NCBI GenBank assembly: GCA_964276515.1
Contig: OZ193909.1
Coordinates: 17,794,001 to 17,858,000 of the forward strand
Direction of reading: 5' to 3'
DNA from: Gordius albopunctatus
Taxonomy: Eukaryota
DNA length: 64,000 bases
The position numbers and the translations under genes are program-made. Positions 26,401-38,220 of this stretch are shown in pieces; position 1 is the stretch's first letter; each line of letters starts with the position of its first letter. The notes beneath the pieces are model-generated. The model did no database searches and was not told the DNA's origin. It worked only from the letters and a program-made list of their open reading frames with translations.

Positions 26401-28557
26401 GCTTGTTCATTAAAAATTTTATTTACATTGGGTGCTTCAAAAAAACTTATGGAGATTACATTTTTAAGTTCTTAGTATGGAATTTTATACGGATAAGCTA
26501 ACTCTTTCAAATGGAAACTCACAGGCCAACCGCAAATTACAAATTTAAGGTACCCCTCCCCCCCCCCCACCAAAAAAAATTAATTTGAATCGCCTGAGTC
26601 CCTGAGTCGTTTAAAAAGTTAATCATTTACATTCAATCGATCGATGATAAAAAATTAAAATTATAGTGCAGATATTAATATCCATCGATTATATAACTCT
26701 TTTAACCGATTTTTATAGTAAATTTAATATAAAAATAATATATAAAAAGTTCTAAAATTTTGCAGCATAGGTCAAAAAAATGTATGATTAATCTTGGCAA
26801 ATTTGCATATAAGTCATAATTATAATAATTTATTATAAAAAAATCAGAAGCATTTATGTAGATTGTACATCCTTTAAACAGGGTCTTCTCATCAGTAATG
26901 TAGTTTTGTTGACTACTACAATAACAGTAAGGTGTTGCAGTGAAAAGCAAAAACTTATAAAGAGTTTTTCATCTTTTTCTGCCATTAGGAAAGAGCACTT
27001 ATAATATAGGGTATTATATGTAAATGAATCCACAGCTTACTGACTCTATACATTACAATAATGTTAACTAGCATGGGCGTCACCAGCCACCCCCCAAATG
27101 ATGGAAAAATTTTTTCCAACACAAAAAACCTTAAAAATTAAAAAAAAATTAGGTTTTTGAATTTTTAAAGGTTTTGCCCCCCCCCCCCTCCTAATCCAAA
27201 ACCTGGCTAAGTCCATGTTAACTAGTAATCAATTTAATTATTGTTAAAGGTTAAAATGATCAATATAATCTACATTGTTACAAAATAGTATTTAATTATT
27301 AGTTACAAAATTATGAATCCATTAGTTTAACTATCACAATTACAAAAACACATATTTTTTAGTGAAGAACTGATTATGATTTTGTTAATTAAAAAATGGA
27401 TTAATAAGACAATTTTTTTTAGATTTAGATCAAATATTTTCTACATATTAGAACTAACTTCCAAATTAAATTATCCTTAATGATGTATCTCAAAAAAATG
27501 TGATAACATTTTCTGAACAGTGAAGATTTTTAACAAGGTGATACTCCATAAATTGAAAATTGTAAAAGCTAATTAATAATATATCTAACTTGGTCCCTGT
27601 ACTGCTACTAAAGCTCGCTGTAAATGCATAATTTTCACATCAAGGTGCTCATGTAGTTTAGACCCTTGAGCTGCCAGCAATAAATCTTTAACCTTGGTAG
27701 CGTTTGCTGCATTTGAAACTAGACTCAAGGACTTATCATCACCTAAATCAAAATGATGTTTATCAAGATTTTTAAAAATCTTACAAAAAAATGTGATTTA
27801 ATGTGTTCTAACAACAACTTTTGTAAAAATCAAATATTATTTATCAAATTTATATATTATTCTGTTTAACTAAAATATGATTTGTATTTAATTAAGAAAT
27901 TGATTATTTTCAATGTGCATTAATTTCACTCAAAATCATTAATATTATCAGACAACTAGTAAAAATATAAACTTGCCTGAATTTGTAACTATAAGATCCT
28001 CTTCAATTCCACCCTTTTCATTAGTAATCAAGGTCAAAATCCCTGTAAAATTTAATATGTAAATAATTTAATTTATGATATTCTTGAATAACAATTTTAT
28101 TAGACAGAAAATGCCAATATACTTTTGTCACATTTATAACTGCTTTATAAAATAACAATTTTTTTAAATATTTTGCCTTTGTTTATAGGAATCTCTTCGA
28201 TATCACTAACAACCAAATGCTCTAGAAATTTAAAACGATCATGTCCAAAAATTTTGGTTTGAAGCATGTGAGATACATCAAACATTGATAAGTTAGTACG
28301 ACATTGAGCTTGTTCTTCCTTAACGCTAGTAAACTGATAAATATAATGAAAAAAAGATTGTAAATAATTACTTAAAGCAAAGATATACAAAATTTTTCTT
28401 AATATGTGAAGTTATTTTGTACTTGTAAGGGCATCTCCCACTGATCAAATTTAATAAATTTTGCATTGTGTAGATTTAAGAAATTATACAATGGAGTTTT
28501 TTTCAGTGATAATTTTGTCGAATAATTTTTAAAATTTGCCGCTAACCATTTTCGCAT
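23467..28557 (-). CDS. AMT: Aminomethyltransferase (glycine cleavage system T protein), mitochondrial
   Basis: Exons 28557-28423 (MRKW...LKKTPLY...WEMPLQ), 28333-28177 (MFDVSHMLQ), 28042-27977 ([13 protein letters not shown]), 27742-27590 (LVAVQGP), 25810-25523 ([26 protein letters not shown]), 24347-24100 ([11 protein letters not shown]), 23663-23467 (VTSG...IAMGYV...KMPFIPTRY, stop). Intron phases are consistent. Confidence 0.95.
26102..26254. mobile_element. hAT-type MITE (CATGGGCGTAGCCAG family) in an AMT intron
   Basis: Ends CATGGGCGTAGCCAG / CTGGGTATGCCCATC. TSD not clear. Confidence 0.7.
27072..27217. mobile_element. hAT-type MITE (CATGGGCGTAGCCAG family) in an AMT intron
   Basis: TIR-like ends with a perfect 8-bp TSD TTAACTAG. 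Confidence 0.88.
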
Positions 28558-29305
28558 TACAGCTGTTAATAGCGGGAAGACAAAAATTACAATTTTTTCT
28601 AAAACTTTATTGCCGAGTTAAAAGTAATTGACAATTTGAAGTATATTGAAATATTCTAGCCTATGAAATTATTTTCCACAGACAGATAATTTTCTAATAA
28701 TTGAATTTGATAATTTTTAAATTTAACCTATCTGAAAAGGTTTTTGTGGTTTTCAGTTTAATTAATTTCCCCTTGACATTAGTCAATGCTGAAAGACTTG
28801 TTATTTATTTAATAAATAATCTTGTGCATGCTAATTGGTAGTAATAGGTAGTTTGTAAGAGCTCTTTTTATAATTATAAGCAGTTAACTATCTATTTACT
28901 GCAGTGATATAGGTAGGGATGGAAAATATCTCTGATAATTTCAAAATATCTAAATACTAAATCTTAGACGTGAGGAACAGTTTTAGCCTAAATGAGGCCC
29001 TAAAGCAAAGAGACTAACGCCAATGCCTAATCCATGGCATTCATGGCCTATATTGACTTGGGTATTTGAACCGCATGTAGTAGAACCTGAATCTGGATTT
29101 TTGTTAACAAAATCATAACTTATAAAGACAAGGATCACATAAGTATAGGAAGATAACACCAAAATTAAGGGAAAGGGAGCGTCAGTGTTAAAAAGCCAGG
29201 TGAACAGCGGGATAATATATCTCTAAGTTTGGATTATGACTTAGCTCAGTAGGCAAGAATATTAGAAACATTACTATGAACCAAAATACTTAGCGAATTA
29301 TATTA

Positions 29306-32300
29306 TATAGTATTTATTAAGATATGGAATAAGAACGGCAGGATAATAATAATGTGTTTAGAACCATGGAATCATATGTACGGAAAAAAATATATACACA
29401 AGGAACGCTTAATAATATATTACAATAGTCCCCCCCCCCCTAAGTTAATAATATTCTTCATCTTATCTTCTTGGAGGTTGACGTCGTCGCTGCGGTCATG
29501 GACTGATTGCCATGGTTTCTTGTTCTCGTCCTTCTCTCTCATCATCCCCCACTATCCAGTTCGTTACATTCCCCAATGCTCTTCTTAACTGGTCTGCATG
29601 CTACCGCTTTACTCGCCCTTCGGCCCAGACGTCATAGGACCAATCATTCTTTTTGGGATTCACCACTCCAGCGTGCCAACCTTTTTCCATTTCATTTTTA
29701 CCCATACTTTATCTCCTTCCTCAAAGGTACGGCAAAAAGCCTTCCTATTGTGATAATATTTCTGCTTCCACATATTATTTATTGTAATCTCTCTACCTGA
29801 TCGACGTAGCTGGTCCAAGGAGGACCTTATTCTTCTTTTGAACATTAATTCACTAGGAGACACGCTGGTAGTATTATGGGGAGTCAGTCTATACGTCATA
29901 AAGACTTGAGCAATCGACTTTTCTTCATCTCGATTCGTCTTGTCTTAATAAAACTTTCACATAAGCCATTTGATTTTGGGTAATATGGTGATGTCCGAAC
30001 GTGTTTAATTCCGTTTGCTCTCGTGAAAATTGATAATTCTTGTCCCATAAATTGACCCTCATGGTCCGTGACTATGACCCTAGGCACCCCAACCGTGCAA
30101 ACCATTCCCGCAACGCCTTGATAATTCCATTTGAATGTAGCGAATTTAAAATCTTTACTTCTGGCCATATCTAATACGCATCTAATAATACTAGCCAATA
30201 TTTTTGGTTAACTGGTCCAGCCAAATAGATATGTACGCGGTCCATTGGCTCCTCCGTAGTAGGCCATAAGTATAAGGGAGATTCGGACATATTAGGTCGA
30301 GTTTGTTGGCAGCTTTGACACCTGTGAACAAAGTTTTCAATATCATAGTTAATATTTGGCCACCAACAATAAAGCTTTGCTAGGTCGATCATGCCCGATA
30401 TCCCCGGATGTCTTCTGTGCAGATTCTCGAACACAGCTTGCTTTAAAATTTATTGAACCACTAACCGGTTTCGTCAGTAGAGTAAATCATTTTCAATGGA
30501 TAATTCGTTTTTCTTTGGATAAAATAGCTTACGAATAGTTGCATCGTTGGCGGGTTTGTTCCAATTGCAACGAATCATATCAATAACAGTATTTAATCTT
30601 GCATCCCTCCTTGTTTTTTCCACCAACGTTTTCTTATCAAATTCTAAATCTTCAATCATGTGTATGTCAATGTCTTCACTAACATCTACAAGGGTAGGTA
30701 ACCAAGATAATGAATCTGCTATTTGGTTTTTATCACCAGATAATGCCATTAATTTTGTACTCCATCGTTGTAGTCGCGCAATTATGGTGATGTCCTTGGC
30801 GATCAAATATATATTGTAAAGATCGGTGATGTGTTCTCAATACGAATGTTCTCCCATATAGGTATTGATGAAATTTATTAACAGCATATATGATACCTAT
30901 AGCTTCTTTATCGATAGTAGAATATTCCTTCTCTGCCGAGGTTAAAATTCTTGATGCATACGCTATGGGCTTTTTTTCCCCATCAGACTCCGCGTGCATT
31001 AGTACCGCCCCCAGTCCTGTATCACATGCATCTATATATAACACTATTGGTTTATTTAGTGAATAAGGAACCACGCTATCTTCTTTTGATATTAGGGTCT
31101 TTAATTTATCAAAACATTCTTCTTCCTCTTTTCCCCATTTCCATTTAGAGTCCTTTTTTAGCAGATTGTGGAATATGACACATTGTGGTTGAAGCATCGG
31201 TATAAATCTTCCTAAATAATTTAATAACCCTAAGAATCATTTGAGTTCAGATTTGTTTGTTGGTCTTTTGCAGTTCTTAAGGCCAAAACTTTCTCTTCCG
31301 TAAGTTGAATGCCTTTAGAGCTAATTTTATGACCTAAATAGACAACAGAATCTTGAAGGAACTTTACTTTACTCGGGGTTGTAGTTATCCCTAGTTCTTC
31401 AAAACGTTTTAATACTTCTTTAATGTTTGACACATGTTGTTCGTCATTTATTCCCGTTATTATAATATCATCTATGAATACTGCCGTGTTGGGAATTCCA
31501 TATAAAAGGTTGCTTATATACCTTTGAAATATTAAAGGGGCAACCTTGATTCCAAATGGATGTCTGCGATAACGATATAATCCTATGTGTGTTGCAATTG
31601 TAAGTAACTTTGCACTCCGTTCCGACATTTTCAACTGCAAAAATGCGTCTTTTAAATCAATGACGGTAAATTTATTACCTCGAATCAATTTTGCTGTAAA
31701 TCTTCAAACGTAGGCAATGTATCCCCAATATCGTACAAATAATCGTTTAATGTAATTTTGAAGTCTCCACATATCTTAATTGATTTATCTTTCTTATAAC
31801 AATTTACGGTAGGTGTGCACCATTGAATTTCAGTATTTAATTCAACCTTTTCGATTACTTCTTCTTCCAATAGTCTTTTAATCTCTTTTTCAATGGCCTC
31901 CCTCATTCGAAAAGGTTCCCTACGCAGGGGAAAACTTATAGGCCTATAAAGGGTTTTTAAATGTAAATCTACAAAAAAAATTGTTTAATACGCCCAATTT
32001 CTCTGAAAATACTTTGGGAAATCGATCAATCAAATTTTCTAACTTGATTTGTCGAATATAAATGTTTTTTTGGCAACTCAAATCCAAATTTAAAAATTTC
32101 ATACAACCCTAATATTAAATCACCTTCATTGACTACTATCACATAGATTTCAAAACATTTATCATTTATTTGTCCTTTAACTAAACACCTACCTACAGTT
32201 TTGATATTATAATTTCCATAACCTAATATACTAGGGCATACTGTTAACCTGGGCTGTCCTATCTCTATCCAAGTCTGCTTATTTATTACAGTAGCCTGAG

Positions 32301-32943
32301 CGGCTGTATCAAACTCAGAATTATAAGGTTCGTCATTTAATTTTGCTATAACCAAAGCTCCATGGGCGTACCCAGGGCTCCCCTAATTTACGAAAAAAAA
32401 TTTCAATGCAAAAACATTGAAAAATTAAAAAGTTTTATGTTTTGCCACCCTCTAAATAAACTTTTAAACGTTTTGCCCCCCCCCCAGCTCTTCAGTAAAA
32501 CCCTATCTCTTAACATTTCATCTTCATCATCATAATTACATTTTGTTATTAACCCCTTAAGTTTTTAAGCATACTCTTCGATTGAATCTATACCTCTCCT
32601 ACATCTTAAAAAAATTAATCTATAAAAAAAAATAGAATTTTTACTTTTGAATAATAATTTTAAATTAAGAATTAACTCATCATTTTTTCAGCGTAGGGAG
32701 GCCAATGAATGTTATGAGATATTTCTTCTTGTTCTCAGGCGCAACTTCTTTAATTTTCATGGCGTTTTCTAAAACCATTAGCCAATCTTCAATGTCCACT
32801 TGTTCCGTAAATTCCTCTATTTTGACCAGCGCCATTTATAGTATTTATTAAGATATTGAATTAAGATATGGAATAAGAACGGCAGAACAATAATAATGTG
32901 TTTAGAACCATGGAATCATTGTACGGAAAAATATATACACAAG
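29306..32943 (-). mobile_element. Decayed Ty3/gypsy LTR retrotransposon (possibly Mag-like, short LTRs)
   Basis: LTRs 29306-29424 and 32837-32943 (the 5' LTR is truncated). A G-run polypurine tract sits next to the 3' LTR, and a PBS-like TGGCGCTGG lies at 32834. Frameshifted domains in order: gag, protease (FDTAA), RT (IDLKDAF, FIDD), RNase H (DAC...YSTIDKEA), integrase (HPG..CQSCQ, SNGLCE). A MITE is inserted at 32361. Confidence 0.93.
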
Positions 32944-33018
32944 CGTATTCGGAATCGGATTAAAGGGTCTTTAAACCCTAGATTAGTGGAAAAGGGGTGA
33001 TTTCGCGCTATCGACAAC

Positions 33019-33672
33019 TAGAGACTTGCACGGGTAGCCCAAAGCCCGACCCGTTAATAAATAATAGGCCCGACGCGTCGTAATTGAGAAGCAAGTAGTC
33101 TTTAAATCTGTTAAAAACAATATATCGAATTATAAGATTTATAAAATGTAACTTAATAATTTTGCTAAATATTCATTCATATCTTTTGCGCTATTTTTCA
33201 TCTACCAACAATTTAGCACTAAATTGATTAAAAAATAAACCTATTTGAGAGGAAAAATGAAATTTACACAAATAAGGCCTAAACCAGACTATCCATTTGT
33301 GTGCTGTAACATGATGGAATGGCTAACCTAAAAAGCTTATAACATTCTTGAATCGTTTTAGTGAAGTAAAGATTGTATTTGAAGGCTGGACGCTTATTTT
33401 AATACAATGTGATCAACGAATTTTTATAGGTTTTTAAATAGTTATTCTAATTTTGTAAATATTACTTCAAATAATTCAATAAATATTTAACCAAATAAAT
33501 GTTTTACCAGGGTTATTTTTAGATTTCTATGCTTATTATGCAAGCCTGGCCCGTGCCAGTGCTGAGCCCTATATATAAAGATGCAAAAATTCGGACCCAG
33601 GCCGGGCGCCTCTTATTTTATATAAATCCTCGGGCTCAGCGGGCATTAAAAAATGGATTTTGTAGTTCTCTT
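33019..33672. mobile_element. Degenerate TAGAGAC-type hAT MITE
   Basis: Starts TAGAGACTTGCACGGG and ends TTTTGTAGTTCTCT; GCCCG subterminal repeats; no clear TSD. Confidence 0.55.
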
Positions 33673-34124
33673 TCCACGATGATGTGAGGGAGGTTTTAAT
33701 CTAAAAGAGTATAGTATACTAGCTAGGACCTCAGATGAGTAAGGCTTAAGTTTATCAATGAAAGATCTTTATAGACAATTTTTATTCCTTTGTCCATAAT
33801 TTCATCAATTCTCCCCTGTATTTCTCATTTTATTATCGTGCTATATTCGTCGTATATATATCCCAATAATTCTAAACATTAATTCCAAGTAATCAATTAA
33901 TAACAGAAAATGGGTATAGTTTAGCATATAAAACATTAGCGGTATAAATTATTATTTTTATTCGACAAATTTTTATATTTGTTAAGGGGCGGGGAAATAA
34001 TCTCCAAAACACGTTACGAAAGGATATCACAATAGTAAGAAAATAGTAAATGAGTGAGACGTGTATATCAAACTAATATATAAATTACAACCAATTAATG
34101 AGAATTTGATTGACAACACACAGG

Positions 34125-35431
34125 TAGAGACGTGCACGGGCGGACCGAGGCCCGACACAAAAAAGCCTGGGCCCGGCCCAGCCCGGGCCTCAAATTTTTA
34201 GGCTTTAAAAATTTAGAAGTAGTAGCCTAAGTAGTTTTTTGTTCTGTTTAAAACAATAATTAGAAAAAATTAATTAATTACAAGTTATTGATTCGTTCAT
34301 TTTACGCTTTTTCTAATATACAAACAATTGAGTATGGAACAAAAAAAATCTACTCCTAATAGCTGAAAATATTCGGAAAGAATTTTATAAAGTAAAAGAA
34401 ATCCACACCTACATAAAGTTAAGGATCAACGAGAAAAAATAGAAATATTGGAATGGTGGAAAGTACACCTTTGGGAGATATTCGATTCTAGATTCGATTT
34501 AACATAAATCATTAAACTATAAATAATATATTTTGATATGCATTGACCTTATGCGCAGAGATTTTATTTATATATATAAACATTCTAGATTTATAATAAA
34601 ACAAGATAATAACCCGTTGTACGGATACCAAAACTAAATAATAGATAAACTCTTATTAATGCCATCTAGGCGAAATTTTTAATAAGAGACTATATTAATT
34701 TAAATAATTTTCATACTGAAGAATAAAAATAAGTTAATGGTTTGGGACCATGCAAAATCATCGAATTTGCAACCTGCAATCACGGTCTAAGTTTTTGTAT
34801 ATAACAAACAAAGACTGACTAAAATATCGATATTTTATATTTCTTTAATATTTTTATATTCAATCATTGCATTTTTATGAATAAATTCATTTATAGCGAT
34901 ATTTAGAAATTAAAAAACTTTAAAGATATTTGAATCGAATCTTTAAATTTTTTTGAATCGAATTCGAATCCTTATTTTAATATTCGATTTCGATGTCTCG
35001 AATTTAATATTTTTTCAAATAAAATTATCGAATCCGAATCGAATACTAAAAATATTCGATTTGATTCGAAATCCAGAGGCGTTGTGGAAAGACCACAGTG
35101 GTCAATTTTTAGCGCTTAGCTCCCTTGTTTTAAGATTTTTCGACACCTGCTTCATTTGCCTCGAGTGAGAGGTGTTTTTCATTAGCGGGCTGGATTTATT
35201 AAAACCGAAGAACAAATTTAAACACGGAAATTTTTGATGCCTGTGTTTTTTGCATCCAAAATAGTTCCATTATCGATTTATAATTTTTTATTTTTTAATT
35301 AAAAATTTTATAAAAATTGAGTTTGATTGAATTCCTGCAATTCTAAAAATTTCGGGCCGGGCCTTGTTTTTAAGGATGCTAAAATTTGGGCCCGGGCCGG
35401 GCCTTAAAAAAATTAATTTTGCAGGTCTCTA
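34125..35431. mobile_element. Second, inverted and internally deleted copy of the 12665-14389 hAT element
   Basis: TIRs TAGAGACGTGCA/TGCAGGTCTCTA; perfect TSD CACACAGG. ORF 34953..35168 is nearly identical to ORF 12970..13179. Confidence 0.92.
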
Positions 35432-38220
35432 CACACAGGTAAATAACGACAACATACAGGTAACTAACGTATCCTCGGAGGTACTGCGCACTCGTATTAC
35501 CTCTCTACAATATTTATATTATTTTTCCACAATACATCGTAAATCAATTCACTAGAGAAGAAATAAGAATATAATTAATTATTTATGTGTTATTGTCCCC
35601 ACATTTGTTTTATAGTCGGGTCTGTGTTTAGGACACGCCACTTGTAATTATATGTTACACATGTAAGTTGAGAAATTTTGGATTGATAAAAGTATTATCC
35701 CTCGCTATATTTTTCGCCAATCTGTCCTTCAGCATTCTTGATTTAAAATTATAAAAATACTATAAAAAAATTTCACATGATGAAGAGATCAATTTATGCT
35801 ATCGATTTTTAATTAAAAATGACACCTTTATCATTAATTTAATTAAAACATTAATAAATTTTTCCTATATAGCCTAAATAGCTAATTTTACCATTTTCCT
35901 TGAATTCGAATCAAGAAGCGGTTATATCATGTGTAAAATCTTCAATCAACCGATTTTAACCTTGGTAATGCATGATTTTTTTACATGCTGCCATTCCATT
36001 AACCCAATTACGTTTTCTATACGAGACACCTCTTACTATTTTCAATATTAAAAAAAATTGATTTTGGTCAAATCAATTAATAAACAGAATAAATTGCATA
36101 GCAATTAAAATATGGAAATTCTTTCATTTTATAAATAAGTTTATGTGTGATTTGTAAGAAGGAGAAGTATTATGACATTTTAGCTAAAGTATTTTTCTAT
36201 TTAAAGGGATTTTATTGATATGATAGTCAATATATTTAATAGCTTATTGGCTATCATGATTAGCATTATTTTTCTTGTATAACTACGTCTTATTAACTTA
36301 TTTATAAACGATCAGTAACACCTTAGAGAGTAATACATAACTGCAAACTAACATACAAAGTTAATACACGCTAATGTAAATATTAAAATAAAACTAATGA
36401 ATCTCATTGTGTTTATACTAATATTGCGCAGCTTTGAACATTATTATTAGTAGTCATAAATCATGATATAGGTCGTAGTTAATCATGACCTTGATATTAA
36501 CATATATAAATCCGTGAACATAACAGATAAATTATAAGTAAAATGAAAGAAATCAGAGTTTACAATAGTGTTAAGTACTATCATTTAGTGTATTTACCAT
36601 TTAGATTATTCACTTTCTATTTAGACTTTGTTAAAGATCATAAAAACAACGGCTGACCTCGTTTTAATACAATTAAAATAAGCTCTTGAATATTTTATAT
36701 GTTTATTCGTTATAACCTATTTTATGCTGTGGAATGTATATATATTTTGAAATTTAAATACATTACACCTTTTATGCTCATTATATGATAAATCGGGATA
36801 AACGATGTTTATTAATTATTTGTCACTTATCTGTCTTAACAAATGCTGGATACATCCTTTGATGTTTTTTTTAATATTTAAAAAAGATGTAATTATATGA
36901 AAAACATGCGATTATTTTGGCTTCGGTTCAAACAATTAGAGAAAATGAGATATCTGTAACTCTAGTCCTATTAATTTTAACAAGAATTGTTAAAAAATTC
37001 AAAATATTATGGCAGACAAAAAATAAATACCATTTTAAATACATTATCAACATAAATTAGAGTTATCTAATCTTGATGCAACATCTCAAATTAATTTACT
37101 TACAACGTTTAGCAACTATAAGTATAATAAAAGTGTGTTACAGAAAAATTCCAATTTCATACAAATCAAAAACTTGACATAATAAATTAATAATGAGTCT
37201 GCTTGAAATTTAGGCTTATGAGCCTAAAATTATTTTAAAAATATTTTAACCGTTTTAATACAAAATTTAAATATGTCAATTAAACCTAATTAACCGTATT
37301 GGGGCGGAAGCACTTATAATAGTTTTATATTAAATAAGAAATTTGCTGGAATTAATAGGCTTTAACCTTAAATCGATACAATACCCAAAATGTGTTCACA
37401 CATTCAAACCTAAATGATTGCTTGTCATCATATCGTAAGCACTTCTGAAATGGGAAAGCCTATAATGAATTTTTTAAAATGATAATTCCTTACAATAAAT
37501 TTGGACAATAACAAGTTTTTATTACATCGTAACTGTAAAATTTAACTAGATATCACATCTCAAACATAATTAAAGATACCTTTCTTAATCAGCTCCCGTA
37601 AGGTTTCAGGTGGCTCAAGAAAATTAATTTCGCGCTTTTTTAATTATGCTAGCGGGTATTTGTAAAATCGATATAAAGTTTACATAGCAGCACACCGTAT
37701 ATGAGATTATGGTGGGGGGGGGGACGCTAGTTTCTAAAGTTGTCCTTTAACTTATTGTCCTACACATGCAAAGTAGACATTGAAGGATCGATTTACTGAC
37801 TGTTGCAATCATATTATGCAATCGACTATTGATCGAACCAGCTGTGAATAATGGGGCTTAGGTGATCTGTATTAATTGCTATGAATTATTTATAATCCAC
37901 ATCTCCTATTTAGATAAGATTGTGATTCATTTCACTCGACTCATAAATAAAATTAATTAGGGCCTTCCAGTTTCCTAGCAACCAGCAAACGGACTTTCAA
38001 ATCACTGCTTAAATTTTCTTTCTCTCAGTCATTTTTTAATATTTAAGCACCTACTACTCCCTGATCTAATTATTTATTAATGCACGCCAAGTCTTAAAAC
38101 GCATCCTTTATATTTAATAATCCTTTGCGATAAGCATACATTACAAAAATCGCTACCAGCTAATTCCCGCTTTCGTTATAATATCTAAGTATCAGCAGAA
38201 TACCTTTTCAACGGCTTTGA

